A DNA stretch of 64,000 nt, from assembly GCA_963709585.1 (NCBI GenBank), contig CAVPXI010000013.1, forward strand, positions 1 to 64,000, in the 5' to 3' direction. Of this stretch, positions 53,999-63,368 are shown piece after piece. Position 1 is the first letter of the stretch. The number at the start of each line of letters is the position of its first letter. The notes beneath the pieces are model-generated. The model searched no databases and had not been told where the DNA came from. It saw only the letters and a program-made list of their open reading frames with translations. The stretch comes from Candidatus Dormiibacterota bacterium. GTDB lineage: Bacteria > Chloroflexota > Dormibacteria > Aeolococcales > Aeolococcaceae. Both the position numbers and the translations under genes were made by a program.

Positions 53999-55282
53999 TC
54001 ACACGCCCTTTGGCGCCGACGCAAAACGTGACTGTGCTTCGCGGAGCGGGTCGGGGATGCGGCCGCCGAGTCGAAGCAGGACGGCTCCGGCCACCACCGC
54101 GGCAAGCGCGCCACCCCACCAGACGGCGTCTGGCGAGGTCTGCAGGAGCAGGCCACCAATCGCCGGGCCGAGGGCCAGGGAGATGCTGAAGGTCAGGCTG
54201 TAGACAGACAGGTAGCGGCCGAGCAGATGGGCTGGGGCCATGTCCGCGACCAGTGGCCCGAGAACGACAATGTGTACGCATTCACCGATTGCGAAGACGA
54301 TCGCAACGCCGGCGAGGAGACTGGTCGCAGCGAGCTCCGAGTGGATGAGCGTCGCTGGCAGCACCGCGAGCAGGCTGACCGCAAAAAGCGCGCTGGCCGC
54401 CGCGAAGGCGTGTGTGCGTTCCATCCGTGCCACGACGCGCACTGCCGGGATCTGCGCGATGACGACGAAGCACGTGTTGACGAGGACGAGGATCCCGATC
54501 GCGGCGGGGCCGAGCGATGTGTGGGTCTTTGCAAATGGCGGCAGGATGTTGGAGAAGAACGTGTGGCCGACGACGACGAGCACGATATTGGCTGCGATCA
54601 CAGTGAGGAACAGCCGATCTCGAGCGACGGCGCGAAAGCCGGTTCCGTTGGCGTCTGTCACTGTGACGGTCTCGGCTCGCGGGTTCGGTACGGCAGCGAG
54701 CACGATCAGCGCGAATCCGGCGTAGGTGACGGCGTCGAAGAAATAGAGCGTTTGGAACGAGCTGAGCTGCTGTGCGGATGCGATGACGAAGCCGGCTGCG
54801 GTCGCGCCGGCGCCGAGACCGAAGTTGCCCGCGACGCGATTGAGCGCGAAGGCTGCCGCTCGCTGATCGCGCTTGACCAACCTGATGGTCAATTGCCGGT
54901 TGGCCGTCCCTGCCGCGCCGATTCCGGCTCCGCTGACAATCGAGCAGGCAAAGGCCTGCCAGGGACGGTCTACGTAGGCGAAGCCGGCGTAGCCTAGGGC
55001 GCTCGCCAGGCTTCCTGCGACCACGATCGCTTTAGCGGAGTGCCGGTCGAGCAGCGCTCCCGTCGGCAGGGTGGCGATTGCGGCTGTCCCCATGGTCGCC
55101 GCGAGAACCAGTCCGGCTATTGACGTCGAAAAGCCACGTATCTGGTGCAGATAGATGATCTCAAAGGGAAGAATGAGCCCGTAACCGAAGTAGTTGAGGG
55201 CGTTTCCCGCTTGAAGAATGAGCACGGGGCGAGAGAGCCCGGTGCGCCAACCCGCGATGAAGTGTGAGACGCCGCGGTTCAT
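53999..55282 (-). CDS. MFS transporter
   Basis: About 12 TM segments; GALLDRHS motif-A-like; APAHLLGRY. Confidence 0.9.
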   Translation of the reverse strand: MNRGVSHFIAGWRTGLSRPVLILQAGNALNYFGYGLILPFEIIYLHQIRGFSTSIAGLVLAATMGTAAIATLPTGALLDRHSAKAIVVAGSLASALGYAGFAYVDRPWQAFACSIVSGAGIGAAGTANRQLTIRLVKRDQRAAAFALNRVAGNFGLGAGATAAGFVIASAQQLSSFQTLYFFDAVTYAGFALIVLAAVPNPRAETVTVTDANGTGFRAVARDRLFLTVIAANIVLVVVGHTFFSNILPPFAKTHTSLGPAAIGILVLVNTCFVVIAQIPAVRVVARMERTHAFAAASALFAVSLLAVLPATLIHSELAATSLLAGVAIVFAIGECVHIVVLGPLVADMAPAHLLGRYLSVYSLTFSISLALGPAIGGLLLQTSPDAVWWGGALAAVVAGAVLLRLGGRIPDPLREAQSRFASAPKGV

Positions 55283-55361
55283 CCGCCTATAGGCCTCGCC
55301 GCGGGCCGAATCGCCGCGACGGGAAGCGCCTCAGGCACTGCCGCCGCGATACCGTTAACTC

Positions 55362-56297
55362 ATGCGGCCGACGGTACGAGGCGCCGATGCTGACCGTCTT
55401 GAACGATCCTGCGGCCGACGCTCGGACTCGATCAGGTTCGGACCTGGCGCTTACGGCGTCGAGCGCGCAGAGGTCTACATCTCGACGCGCGGCTTCGATC
55501 CGCACCGGCACGGCACTTACGGGATCGGCGTCACGACGGCCGGCGTGCAGGTATTTCGTTACCGCGGCTCGCAACGTGTCTGCCTGCCCGGTCAGCTGCA
55601 CGTCCTGCATCCCGACGAGACGCACGACGGCGGCCCGGGAACCGAGGACGGCTTCGGTTACCGGATCCTCTACATCGCGCCCGAGCTCGTCCGGGGCGCC
55701 CTAGGTGGTCGCGCGCTACCGTTCGTCGCCGATCCCGTCCAGGAGCCGAAGCCGACGGCTCGACCCATCGTTGCCCTGCTCGCCGACATCGACGACCCGA
55801 TCAGCGAGCTGAGCTGCGCCGAGATCGCGGTGGCGGTCGCCGACTGCCTCCTGTCGCTCGGTGACTGCCCCGACCGCCACCGAGCCACGGTCGACATCAG
55901 GGCAGTCGAGCTCGTACGCGAGTATCTCGCGGCCCATGCACGGGAGCAGACGCCGGCGTCGACTCTCGAAAAGATCGCGGGCACCGACCGCTTCACGATC
56001 ACCCGCCACTTCCGATGGGCGTTCGGGACAAGCCCCGACCGCTACCGGACGCTGCGCCGCCTGGCGCTCGCGCAAGCCGCGATCGAGAGCGGGCAGTCAC
56101 TCGCGCAAGTCGCTGCCGAGGCGGGTTTCGCCGACCAGAGCCACATGACGCGACACTTCAAGCGGACCTACGGATTGACGCCGACCCGGTGGAGGGCCCT
56201 CACAGCCGCCTCGTCGACTGAACGTCTCGAGACCAATGGCCACCTGCCACAGTCGCGGTCTTTGCGGCTAACGTCCGCCGAGAGTCGCGCGATTTAG
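55362..56297 (+). CDS. AraC family regulator
   Basis: FDPHRH, LHPDETHDG, AAEAGFADQSHMTRHFKRTYGLTP. Confidence 0.92.
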   Translation: MRPTVRGADADRLERSCGRRSDSIRFGPGAYGVERAEVYISTRGFDPHRHGTYGIGVTTAGVQVFRYRGSQRVCLPGQLHVLHPDETHDGGPGTEDGFGYRILYIAPELVRGALGGRALPFVADPVQEPKPTARPIVALLADIDDPISELSCAEIAVAVADCLLSLGDCPDRHRATVDIRAVELVREYLAAHAREQTPASTLEKIAGTDRFTITRHFRWAFGTSPDRYRTLRRLALAQAAIESGQSLAQVAAEAGFADQSHMTRHFKRTYGLTPTRWRALTAASSTERLETNGHLPQSRSLRLTSAESRAI

Positions 56298-56550
56298 AGT
56301 GGTTTTGCAGGAAAGAACATCAATCAGGGAATGAGTACTAGTCCCTGCAAAGTGACCGATCCCCGCAAGTTGGAATCCACTACAGCGCAATGGTCTGCGA
56401 ATCGGGGAGACAGGACTCGAACCTGCGACCCCTGGTCCCCCAGACTAGTACTCATTTCCCGATGAGTGCTGAGTTCGATTTAGAGTGGTTTTGTGGGGAA
56501 TTGGTTGGAATGACGACTAGAGCGCGTGTGATGGAATCCGCTGGAATCGC
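56290..56550 (-). repeat. att-like repeat copy 3: 3' half of tRNA-Pro(GGG) (56402-56448), conserved flank, rearranged left arm
   Basis: Core near-identical to copy 4; 18-bp direct repeat 56290-56307/56476-56493; inverted GGGAATGAGTACTAG to the left. Confidence 0.92.
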
Positions 56551-56646
56551 CGAGAATCCCTCAGCGCTCTTCGACAGAGACCATCGCCTATCCCCTTGAG
56601 CCTCCAGCCTTTCCCAGGACGGATCACCGCTTAGCAAACGTGTCAG

Positions 56647-56742
56647 TCAAACCGGGGCACGCCCCCTGGCCCTGACCACCTTCCACCCGCCCTCATGCAA
56701 CCAGTGATGACGGTGGCAGAGGAGTACCAGGTTAGCCAGCAT
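56647..56742 (-). pseudogene. HNH endonuclease C-terminal remnant (DUF222/REP13E12-like)
   Basis: Hand translation: NLVLLCHRHHWLHEGGWKVVR. Confidence 0.65.
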
Positions 56743-56960
56743 CGCCCTCATACGCCGTAGATGGCGATGTGCTTCGCCTGCATAACACCAACCAACAACT
56801 CTCCCGCTCTCAGGTCGAGGATGCGGCGAGAAGGAAGGGCATCGCCAGCCCGTTCGATCTCCGCAACCTCAGGGGAAGCTCATAGTTGTCGCTTGCACTC
56901 TGCCAGCTGCTCGAAGCTGGGTTCGCGTTTGCACTGTCCCGAATGCTCTGAGCGGGGGGG

Positions 56961-57629
56961 TCACGACAGACGGCGTTCCGTGGCCCAGCGCGTGAGCTGA
57001 TGCCGCGTCGAGAGCTGGAGCTTGCGCAGCACCGACGAGACGTGGCTCTCCACCGTCTTCGCGGAGATGAACAGCTCCCGGGCGATTTCCTTGTACGTGA
57101 AACCGCGCGCGATGAGACGGAGAACCTCGCGTTCGCGGGGTGTCAGCTGGTCGAGCTCGGAGTCGAACGACGGTCGCTCCTGATCGGCGGCGGGCAATGC
57201 CGCGAAGGCGTCGAGCACGAAACCGGCGAGCCGCGGCGAGAAGACCGCCTCACCATCGGCCACCCGGTACACCGCATCGACGAGGTCGGCGCCGGAAATC
57301 GTCTTGGTCACGTAGCCGCGCGCGCCGGCGCGGATGATGGCGATCACATCCTCAGGCGCGTCCGACGCGGAGAGCGCGAGGAAACGGACCTGCGGGTTGG
57401 AGGCCTTCAGTGCGGTCACCACGGCGTGCCCGCCGCCCCCTGGGAGATGCACGTCGAGCACGACCACGTCAGGTTCGCTCTGCGCGATCGCTGTGATAGC
57501 CGGTTCAACGTCGTCCGCCTCGCCGATCACCTCCACCTGGTCGCCGAGCTCGGCGCGTACGCCCGATCGGAACAGGCCGTGGTCGTCGACGATGAAGACA
57601 CGGGGCCGGCGGCCACGCGAGACGCTCAC
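56961..57629 (-). CDS. NarL/LuxR response regulator
   Basis: VDDHGLFRSG, LDVHLP, LTPREREVL, ISAKTVESHVSSVLRKL. Confidence 0.93.
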   Translation of the reverse strand: MSVSRGRRPRVFIVDDHGLFRSGVRAELGDQVEVIGEADDVEPAITAIAQSEPDVVVLDVHLPGGGGHAVVTALKASNPQVRFLALSASDAPEDVIAIIRAGARGYVTKTISGADLVDAVYRVADGEAVFSPRLAGFVLDAFAALPAADQERPSFDSELDQLTPREREVLRLIARGFTYKEIARELFISAKTVESHVSSVLRKLQLSTRHQLTRWATERRLS

Positions 57630-58885
57630 GCAGGCGCCGGCTGGCTCACCGCGGCTGAGCGGGGCATCGATAAGCGGACCTCGGTGCCCTCGCCGGGAGC
57701 GCTCCGAACCTCAGCGCTGCCGCCACGGCGGAGCATCCTGGCGTGGACAGACTCGGACAAGCCCTTGCGGTCCGCGGAGACTGCGGCTGGATCGAACCCT
57801 CGGCCGCGGTCGCGGATGAACACAGACACCTGGCCCGCCTCCACCTCGGCGTAGAGCGAGATGGCCCGCGCCTCGGACCACTTCGCCGCGTTGACCGTCG
57901 CCTCGCGAGCGGCGGCGAGCAGCGCCTTGAGGTCGTCATCGAGCGGGCAGTCCCCGACGCTCACCACTTCGACGGCGACCCCGTGTTGAGCCTCGACGTC
58001 GCTCTGGATCAGGCGCACACCGGCAGCGAACGTGGTGTCAGAGGCGATCGATCCGGGCGCGCGCCCGTCGAAGAGCCAGGAGCGCAATTCGCGCTCCTGG
58101 GCACGCGCAAGCTGGATCACCTGTTGGGGTTCGGTGGCCCGGCGCTGGATCAGCGCGAGTGTCTGGAGCACCGAGTCGTGGGCGCGCGACGCCATGTCAG
58201 CGCGTTCCTCGGCGCGGATACGGGCCTGACGCTCGGCGACGAGCTCACGCCCGACGCGCAACCACCATGGTCCCAGGACGACCACGATCGCGGCGATGAC
58301 CAATGCCACGCCGGCGAGCGGACGGAGCAGTGCCGTCGTCGTGTGCCCGATCAGCAACGTGGTCACGCCGGCAATCAGCAGGACAGCCGCAATCAGCGCG
58401 CGGAGCGCGATTCGCGAGCGGCGCGTGTCACCGGTAAAGCCGATCAAGGGATCGGCAAGACGCCGCAAGGTCATCTGCTCGTAGGCGGGAGCGTTTCTCG
58501 AGATCAGGACAATCGCGATGACGCTGATCACGAATGACCAGGCGAGCGAGCCGATCCACCCGGCGCCGACCAGCGACAACAGCACGAAGAGCGCCGTGAC
58601 CAGCGATGCGAGCCCCGCGGCGAGGGTGATCCCGGTGCGGTCGGCCAGCGCCGCGCTGCCGATGCTAGTCCGCTCCCCTATCGCCGGAATGAGCAGCCAG
58701 GCCGCCAGATAGCAGGCGATCCCGAAGCCTCCGGCCAACGCGAGGACCACGAAGACCGTCCGCACGATCGTGACATCGACTCCGATCCTCGCCGAGACGC
58801 CGGCAGCGACGCCACCGAGACGGCGCTGTTCGGGGAGGCGACGCCAGGAGCCTTTCCGTCGCTTGGCCTGGGTCTGCTCCGCCAT
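57626..58885 (-). CDS. PspC-domain membrane sensor histidine kinase
   Basis: LGGVAAG PspC N-terminus; HDSVLQTLALIQ, EATVNAAK, DRGRGF. Confidence 0.9.
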   Translation of the reverse strand: MAEQTQAKRRKGSWRRLPEQRRLGGVAAGVSARIGVDVTIVRTVFVVLALAGGFGIACYLAAWLLIPAIGERTSIGSAALADRTGITLAAGLASLVTALFVLLSLVGAGWIGSLAWSFVISVIAIVLISRNAPAYEQMTLRRLADPLIGFTGDTRRSRIALRALIAAVLLIAGVTTLLIGHTTTALLRPLAGVALVIAAIVVVLGPWWLRVGRELVAERQARIRAEERADMASRAHDSVLQTLALIQRRATEPQQVIQLARAQERELRSWLFDGRAPGSIASDTTFAAGVRLIQSDVEAQHGVAVEVVSVGDCPLDDDLKALLAAAREATVNAAKWSEARAISLYAEVEAGQVSVFIRDRGRGFDPAAVSADRKGLSESVHARMLRRGGSAEVRSAPGEGTEVRLSMPRSAAVSQPAPA

Positions 58886-58920
58886 GTCCCCATCATGGGC
58901 CTCGCCAGCCTACGGGACCA

Positions 58921-58979
58921 TCGGGGAAGACCCTGAAGCGCTGACGGGCGTCTCAGGGTTGAATCCGGGATCCCACGGA
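58921..58979. promoter_or_regulatory. Palindromic sites between PspC kinase and PspC gene
   Basis: TCGGGG-AAGA-CCCTGA (58921-58936), TCAGGG half-site (58953), TCCGGG-ATCC-CACGGA (58964-58979). Confidence 0.5.
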
Positions 58980-59014
58980 TTGTTCTGTAGCACCGGCGGC
59001 TCTACGGTGGGGTC

Positions 59015-59275
59015 ATGAACACACCCACCTCGACCCAGCGCCACCTCCACCGCCCCACCGACGATCGGATGATCGCGGGCGTCGCCGCCGGCATTGCCGA
59101 GTACTTCGATGTTGATGTCACGATCGTCCGGATCGCGATCGCGGTCTTCTCGGTGTTCGGCGGCGCGGGCATCGCTCTGTACATCGCCGGCTGGCTGCTG
59201 ATGCCGACTGAGGGCTCGGATCGGTCCATCGCGAACAAGCTCACCCGGACAGCCCGGCACTGCACGCAGTCATGA
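59015..59275 (+). CDS. PspC domain protein
   Basis: LHRPTDDRMIAGVAAGIAEYFDVDVTIVR...YIAGWLLMP. Confidence 0.9.
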   Translation: MNTPTSTQRHLHRPTDDRMIAGVAAGIAEYFDVDVTIVRIAIAVFSVFGGAGIALYIAGWLLMPTEGSDRSIANKLTRTARHCTQS

Positions 59276-59396
59276 GCGCGTGATCCCACCACCGGTGACC
59301 CTATCCCCACTGCGGCTCCTACCCTGACTTGTGGAACTGCTGGACCCCGCTCAGCGCTGCCCGACGATGGTGATCCTCGCGAGAACGCAAATTGCA

Positions 59397-59550
59397 CGTC
59401 CGTCGGGGAGACAGGACTCGAACCTGCGACCCCTGGTCCCCCAGACTAGTACTCATTTCCCGATGAGTGCTGAGTTCGATTTAGATTGCTTTTGTCGGGA
59501 ATTGGTTGGAATGACGACTAGCGCGCATATTGGAATCAAGTGGAATCGCA
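59397..59550 (-). repeat. att-like repeat copy 4: 3' half of tRNA-Pro(GGG) (59403-59449) and conserved flank
   Basis: Near-identical to copy 3 across ~119 bp; CGTCCG trailer shared with copy 2. Confidence 0.92.
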
Positions 59551-59849
59551 TCGACATCCGGAGGGGCTGGCCGCCGTAGCCCGTGGCTCCACTTCCCGGC
59601 CACCTCGCGACTTTGGGCATTCTGGTCGCCGTGGTAACGATCCGAGCCCTGAGCAACTGTTCCCCACATCATGGTGGTCCGTCTCATCGGGTCAAGCCCG
59701 GCGGATAGGCGCCCGACACTATCCGTCACGCTGGCTTAGCGCGCCAGCCTCGACCCGCAGCTCGCATCGCTACGGGGCGATTGCGCTCCCAATGGTCGAC
59801 TGACCCGGCCTATGTGGACGGTGTGGGCAGTCGCCCCAGCGGTGACCTC

Positions 59850-60742
59850 CTAATGTCCGCTGGCCGGGCTGTTCTTCCGCGCGACCTCTGTTCTGGCGGA
59901 GTGCCAGAGCGTGCGGCCGTTGGCCCAAGCGGGATACAGCTCGACCATGCGAGCGACGATGCTGGCCACGGTGGTCTCGTCTGCCGCGATTCGGGAGAAG
60001 TCCCGCAGATATTGCTGGGATTCCCCGATGATCTTCGGGTCGTTGGTGTTCTCGACTTTCTTGTGGCCGGCGACGACGATGTGCGGTTCGAGCGCGGCGA
60101 CCCTGTCTAGGTTGGAGATCCACTCAGCACGCTCGGGTTCACCGGCCTCGGCGGTCATCATGTGGACCTCGTTGTAGGCCAGATCCCCGGTGACGACAGC
60201 GGCGACCGACGGAACATGGAGCACGGTGGAGTCGGCGGTATCGGCTCGACCGATCCGGATGACCCGCAGCTCGTTGCCCTCCAGGTCGATCGTGTCCGTG
60301 GTCAACGGTTGGGGCAACACCTTCTTCGTTCCGATCGGCACCTCGCCGGGGAAGATGGCCTCCCAGTACCCGGCGATGCCAGGGTTTGCCGACTGAGCGA
60401 CAACTTCAGCCGTCGCAAGGCCTACTGCTCCCGGAAAGCGCTGGGTCGGTCGCGCCAGACCGAGCCAGTGGTCGCCATGGCCGCGGGCAATGTAGATGCG
60501 CGACAGCTTCCGCCCCTTCGTGTCGATCCAGTCCGCCAGAGCGTCGACCTGCCCATAGGTGGCCAGCGCGTCGACGAGGATCGCGTCGCGGTCGCCGTAG
60601 TCAGCGTCGCTGAAGACGGGGACCAAGTCGGCTCATCACCCGGCCCTTGGGGCGCGATTGCGCTCACAAACGTTCGGCCCGGGGCCGTGTACACCTCAAT
60701 CCTGAGTTGCGTTGGGACGTGCTCAGCAGCCACAGATGCCAT
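59850..60742 (-). CDS. MBL-fold metallo-hydrolase (frameshift ~60600; first His of HxHxDH is Arg)
   Basis: TWSPSSATL/YGDRDAILVD, ARGHGDHWLG, VTGDLAYN, VVAGH. Confidence 0.8.
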
Positions 60743-60874
60743 GGTTTCCGCCTCTCAAAACGGGCTCGAAACGGGCTCGATTGAAGAGGACGGTCGTCAT
60801 CCTCACGTCGAAGGAGGATGACGGATACAATCTTCTTTTGTCAAGCAACGACGGGAGCGGTTGGAGGATTCAGC

Positions 60875-61453
60875 GTGGGGACGTCTCAAGCAGCGAAGGC
60901 TGCGAGCCATGACCGCATCCTCGACATCGCCGCGGCGCGGATCCGCCGCGATGGCGTGGACAACCTGTCGGTCGACGAGCTCATGAAGGAAGCGGGGCTC
61001 ACCCACGGGGGCTTCTACCGTCACTTTGAGTCACGCGACCAACTCGTCGCCGAGGCAGCGCAGCGAGCTCTCACGCAGGGGAGCGCCTGGACCATCGCTG
61101 CCGCTCGACGCGGCGGACGGCGTGCATACGTCTCGCTCGTCGACGGTTATCTGAGCGTGCAGCATCGAGATCATCCTGAGGACGGCTGCGGCCTGGCCGG
61201 CGTCGCCGCAGACGTGGCGCGTGCGGGAGGCCCGGCGCGCGCGAGCTACACCCGCCAAGTCGAGATCTGCCTCGACGCCCTCGCTAACCTCCTCGATACC
61301 CCCGACCGCCAGGTCGATGAACGCGAAGCCGTCCTCACCCTCAGTGTCCTGGTCGGCGCCATCTCCATGGCTCGGGCCGTCGACGACCCCGACCTGTCCC
61401 AACAGATACTGACCCACGCCGCAGCCGCGTTGAAAGAACGAACCCCAAACTAG
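60875..61453 (+). CDS. TetR family regulator
   Basis: ELMKEAGLTHGGFYRHFESRDQL; 10-bp inverted repeat CGTCATCCTC/GAGGATGACG at 60795-60823. Confidence 0.92.
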   Translation: MGTSQAAKAASHDRILDIAAARIRRDGVDNLSVDELMKEAGLTHGGFYRHFESRDQLVAEAAQRALTQGSAWTIAAARRGGRRAYVSLVDGYLSVQHRDHPEDGCGLAGVAADVARAGGPARASYTRQVEICLDALANLLDTPDRQVDEREAVLTLSVLVGAISMARAVDDPDLSQQILTHAAAALKERTPN

Positions 61454-61471
61454 GGGACTTGGTGCTCGATT

Positions 61472-61880
61472 GATGCTTCTCTTGTTTGTCAAGCCGCTGC
61501 GGCGAGTGCGGCTCGAGGTATGAGCTCGCGATACATCTCGCGAGCGACGTAGCGCTTGAGGCACCGGATGATCTCCGGTTTGGACATGCCCACCTGGGTG
61601 CGCCGAGCCGTGTAGTTCCTCGTCGGCGCATCGGCGGCGAAGCGCACGATGACGACACGCCAGAGTGCGCAGTTGGCGTACCGATCGCCGCCACGGTTGA
61701 GCCGATGGCGACCGGTGGACTTGCCGGACGACGCCAGCAGCGGGGCCCCGCCACAAAGATTCGCAAACGCACCCTCTGGTCGAAGTCGCTCCGGGTTGTC
61801 GCCCTGCGGCTACGAGTACGGCACCAGCGACGTCGGTGCCGACACCCTTGAGCGCGCAGAGTGTCGGTGCAGCCTCCCAA
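61472..61880 (-). mobile_element. Truncated IS110-family element (transposase C-terminus and right end)
   Basis: Hand translation: GVGTDVA...DNPERL...FANLCG.APLLASSGKSTGRHRLNRGGDR.AN.ALWRVV...IIRCLKRYVARE; TGA at 61489-61491 inside TTGACA. Confidence 0.85.
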
Positions 61881-61901
61881 TCGAGCGCAGAACCCTACGC
61901 G

Positions 61902-62225
61902 TCAGGTCAGTGGCCACACCTCGATAACACCGTGTGCGACCGCACAAGGGCTATTGGCGGCAAGGCTGATCGCCTCCTCGACCGTGGCGGCCTCGATAAC
62001 CCCGAACCCGGCGATCGGTAAGTCCGACCGCATAAACGGTCCCTCGCTTGTCTCTACGCCCGCCCCGTCGTGGTTGCGCACCTGCACCGGCTGCCCCGCG
62101 ATACCCATCAACGCTCCTGCCGCGACTAGGCGCATGTCGTGTTGATGGGCCGCATCGCGGATTGCGGGGTCAGTCTGGTCGTAGCCTGCCCGACCTCCAT
62201 ATCCGATAGTCACGAATCTCGGCAC
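61902..62225 (-). CDS. YciI/DGPF-like protein
   Basis: EGPFMRSDLPIAGFGVIEAATVEEAI...GVIEVWPL; GAGGAGG RBS. Confidence 0.8.
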   Translation of the reverse strand: MPRFVTIGYGGRAGYDQTDPAIRDAAHQHDMRLVAAGALMGIAGQPVQVRNHDGAGVETSEGPFMRSDLPIAGFGVIEAATVEEAISLAANSPCAVAHGVIEVWPLT

Positions 62226-62510
62226 GTACCGTACCTCCTCACTTCATTTGGCGCAGTATGCGCCGGATCACTGGGTCGGTCAGTTTGAGCAAAGTGGTGA
62301 ACCGGACTCGAACCGCTTTCCGTAAAGCGCTTCGCCTTCGCTCCCTTTGTTCGTCACAGCCGTTTTCCCGAACTCTTCTCCTTCATGTTGGGGTAACTGC
62401 TGTGTGCTCGACCGACTTAACGTGTGCGTCAACGCAGGCGAGGTCCACAATCCCGCAGAGGAGAATCAGATGCTCCACCTAGCCCCACATCATCATGGTG
62501 CTGAGGAAGA

Positions 62511-62924
62511 GTGAAGACCCTGCACACGGCGCTCCGCGTCACCAACCTGCCTGCCTCGGTCCGGTTCTATACAACGCTCGGGTACAGCGAAGTTGGCCGC
62601 GTCGACAGCGGTGACGGTGAAACGCTAACCCTCCTTAGGTTTCCGGCGGAGGAGGTCGCGACACTCGAGCTTGTCCACCGGGCTGCCGAGAACCCGGTAG
62701 AGATCGGTACCGGGTTCCACCACCTCGTCGTGCAGGTAGACGACCTCGGCGCCACCGTCGACGTGCTTTCGCGCGCGGGCATGGAAACCGGGCCGATGGA
62801 GCGTCCCGGGGGCCCGGACGGCCCACGGACGTCATGGCTGACGGACCCCGACGGGTATCGGATCGAACTTGTGCAATGGCCGCCTGGACATCCCAGCGGG
62901 ATTACCGTTGCCGACTTCCCTTAA
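62511..62924 (+). CDS. VOC/glyoxalase family protein
   Basis: LHTALRV, LELVH, GFHHLVVQVDD, DPDGYRIELVQ. Confidence 0.9.
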   Translation: MKTLHTALRVTNLPASVRFYTTLGYSEVGRVDSGDGETLTLLRFPAEEVATLELVHRAAENPVEIGTGFHHLVVQVDDLGATVDVLSRAGMETGPMERPGGPDGPRTSWLTDPDGYRIELVQWPPGHPSGITVADFP

Positions 62925-63368
62925 GGGGCCTGGCCGGCGGCAAAAGGCGCGTGAGAGCTGGCGGAGTCCCTGTCTTAATTCCGTTCCAGTTGGGCGGATG
63001 CGCCTTTCTGGGTGCTGCGCACCGCGGAGCCGACGCGTTGCGGCTTGGTTGAGGGCAAGCCAATGATCGCTGTCGCCGAATCCCTTCCGTGACGGTCACG
63101 GTTGGTATCCGGCCTCCTCCGTCGTCAACTCCAGCTTGCTGGGCGAGATCGGAGGCCGATCGCTCAACAGGTGTCGGATTCGGGTCGAACGAGGCGCCCG
63201 ATCGATCCGGTTCGCTGTCGAAGGACCCGAAGCGAACGGCGTCGGCCACGCTCGAACCGGCAACAATCGGGATGAGCCCTGAGCGCAGCGCTGCGCTCGA
63301 TCGTCACGTCAACGAACTCATCACCAACACGGTCCTGAGCGTCGCGGGCCGCGACACTCGGGCTACCC

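Noticed and set aside
62295-62328. tRNA-like GGACTCGAACC with TGG and a small hairpin
   Set aside because: T-stem is only 3 bp, spacing to CCA is too short, and the conserved flank is absent
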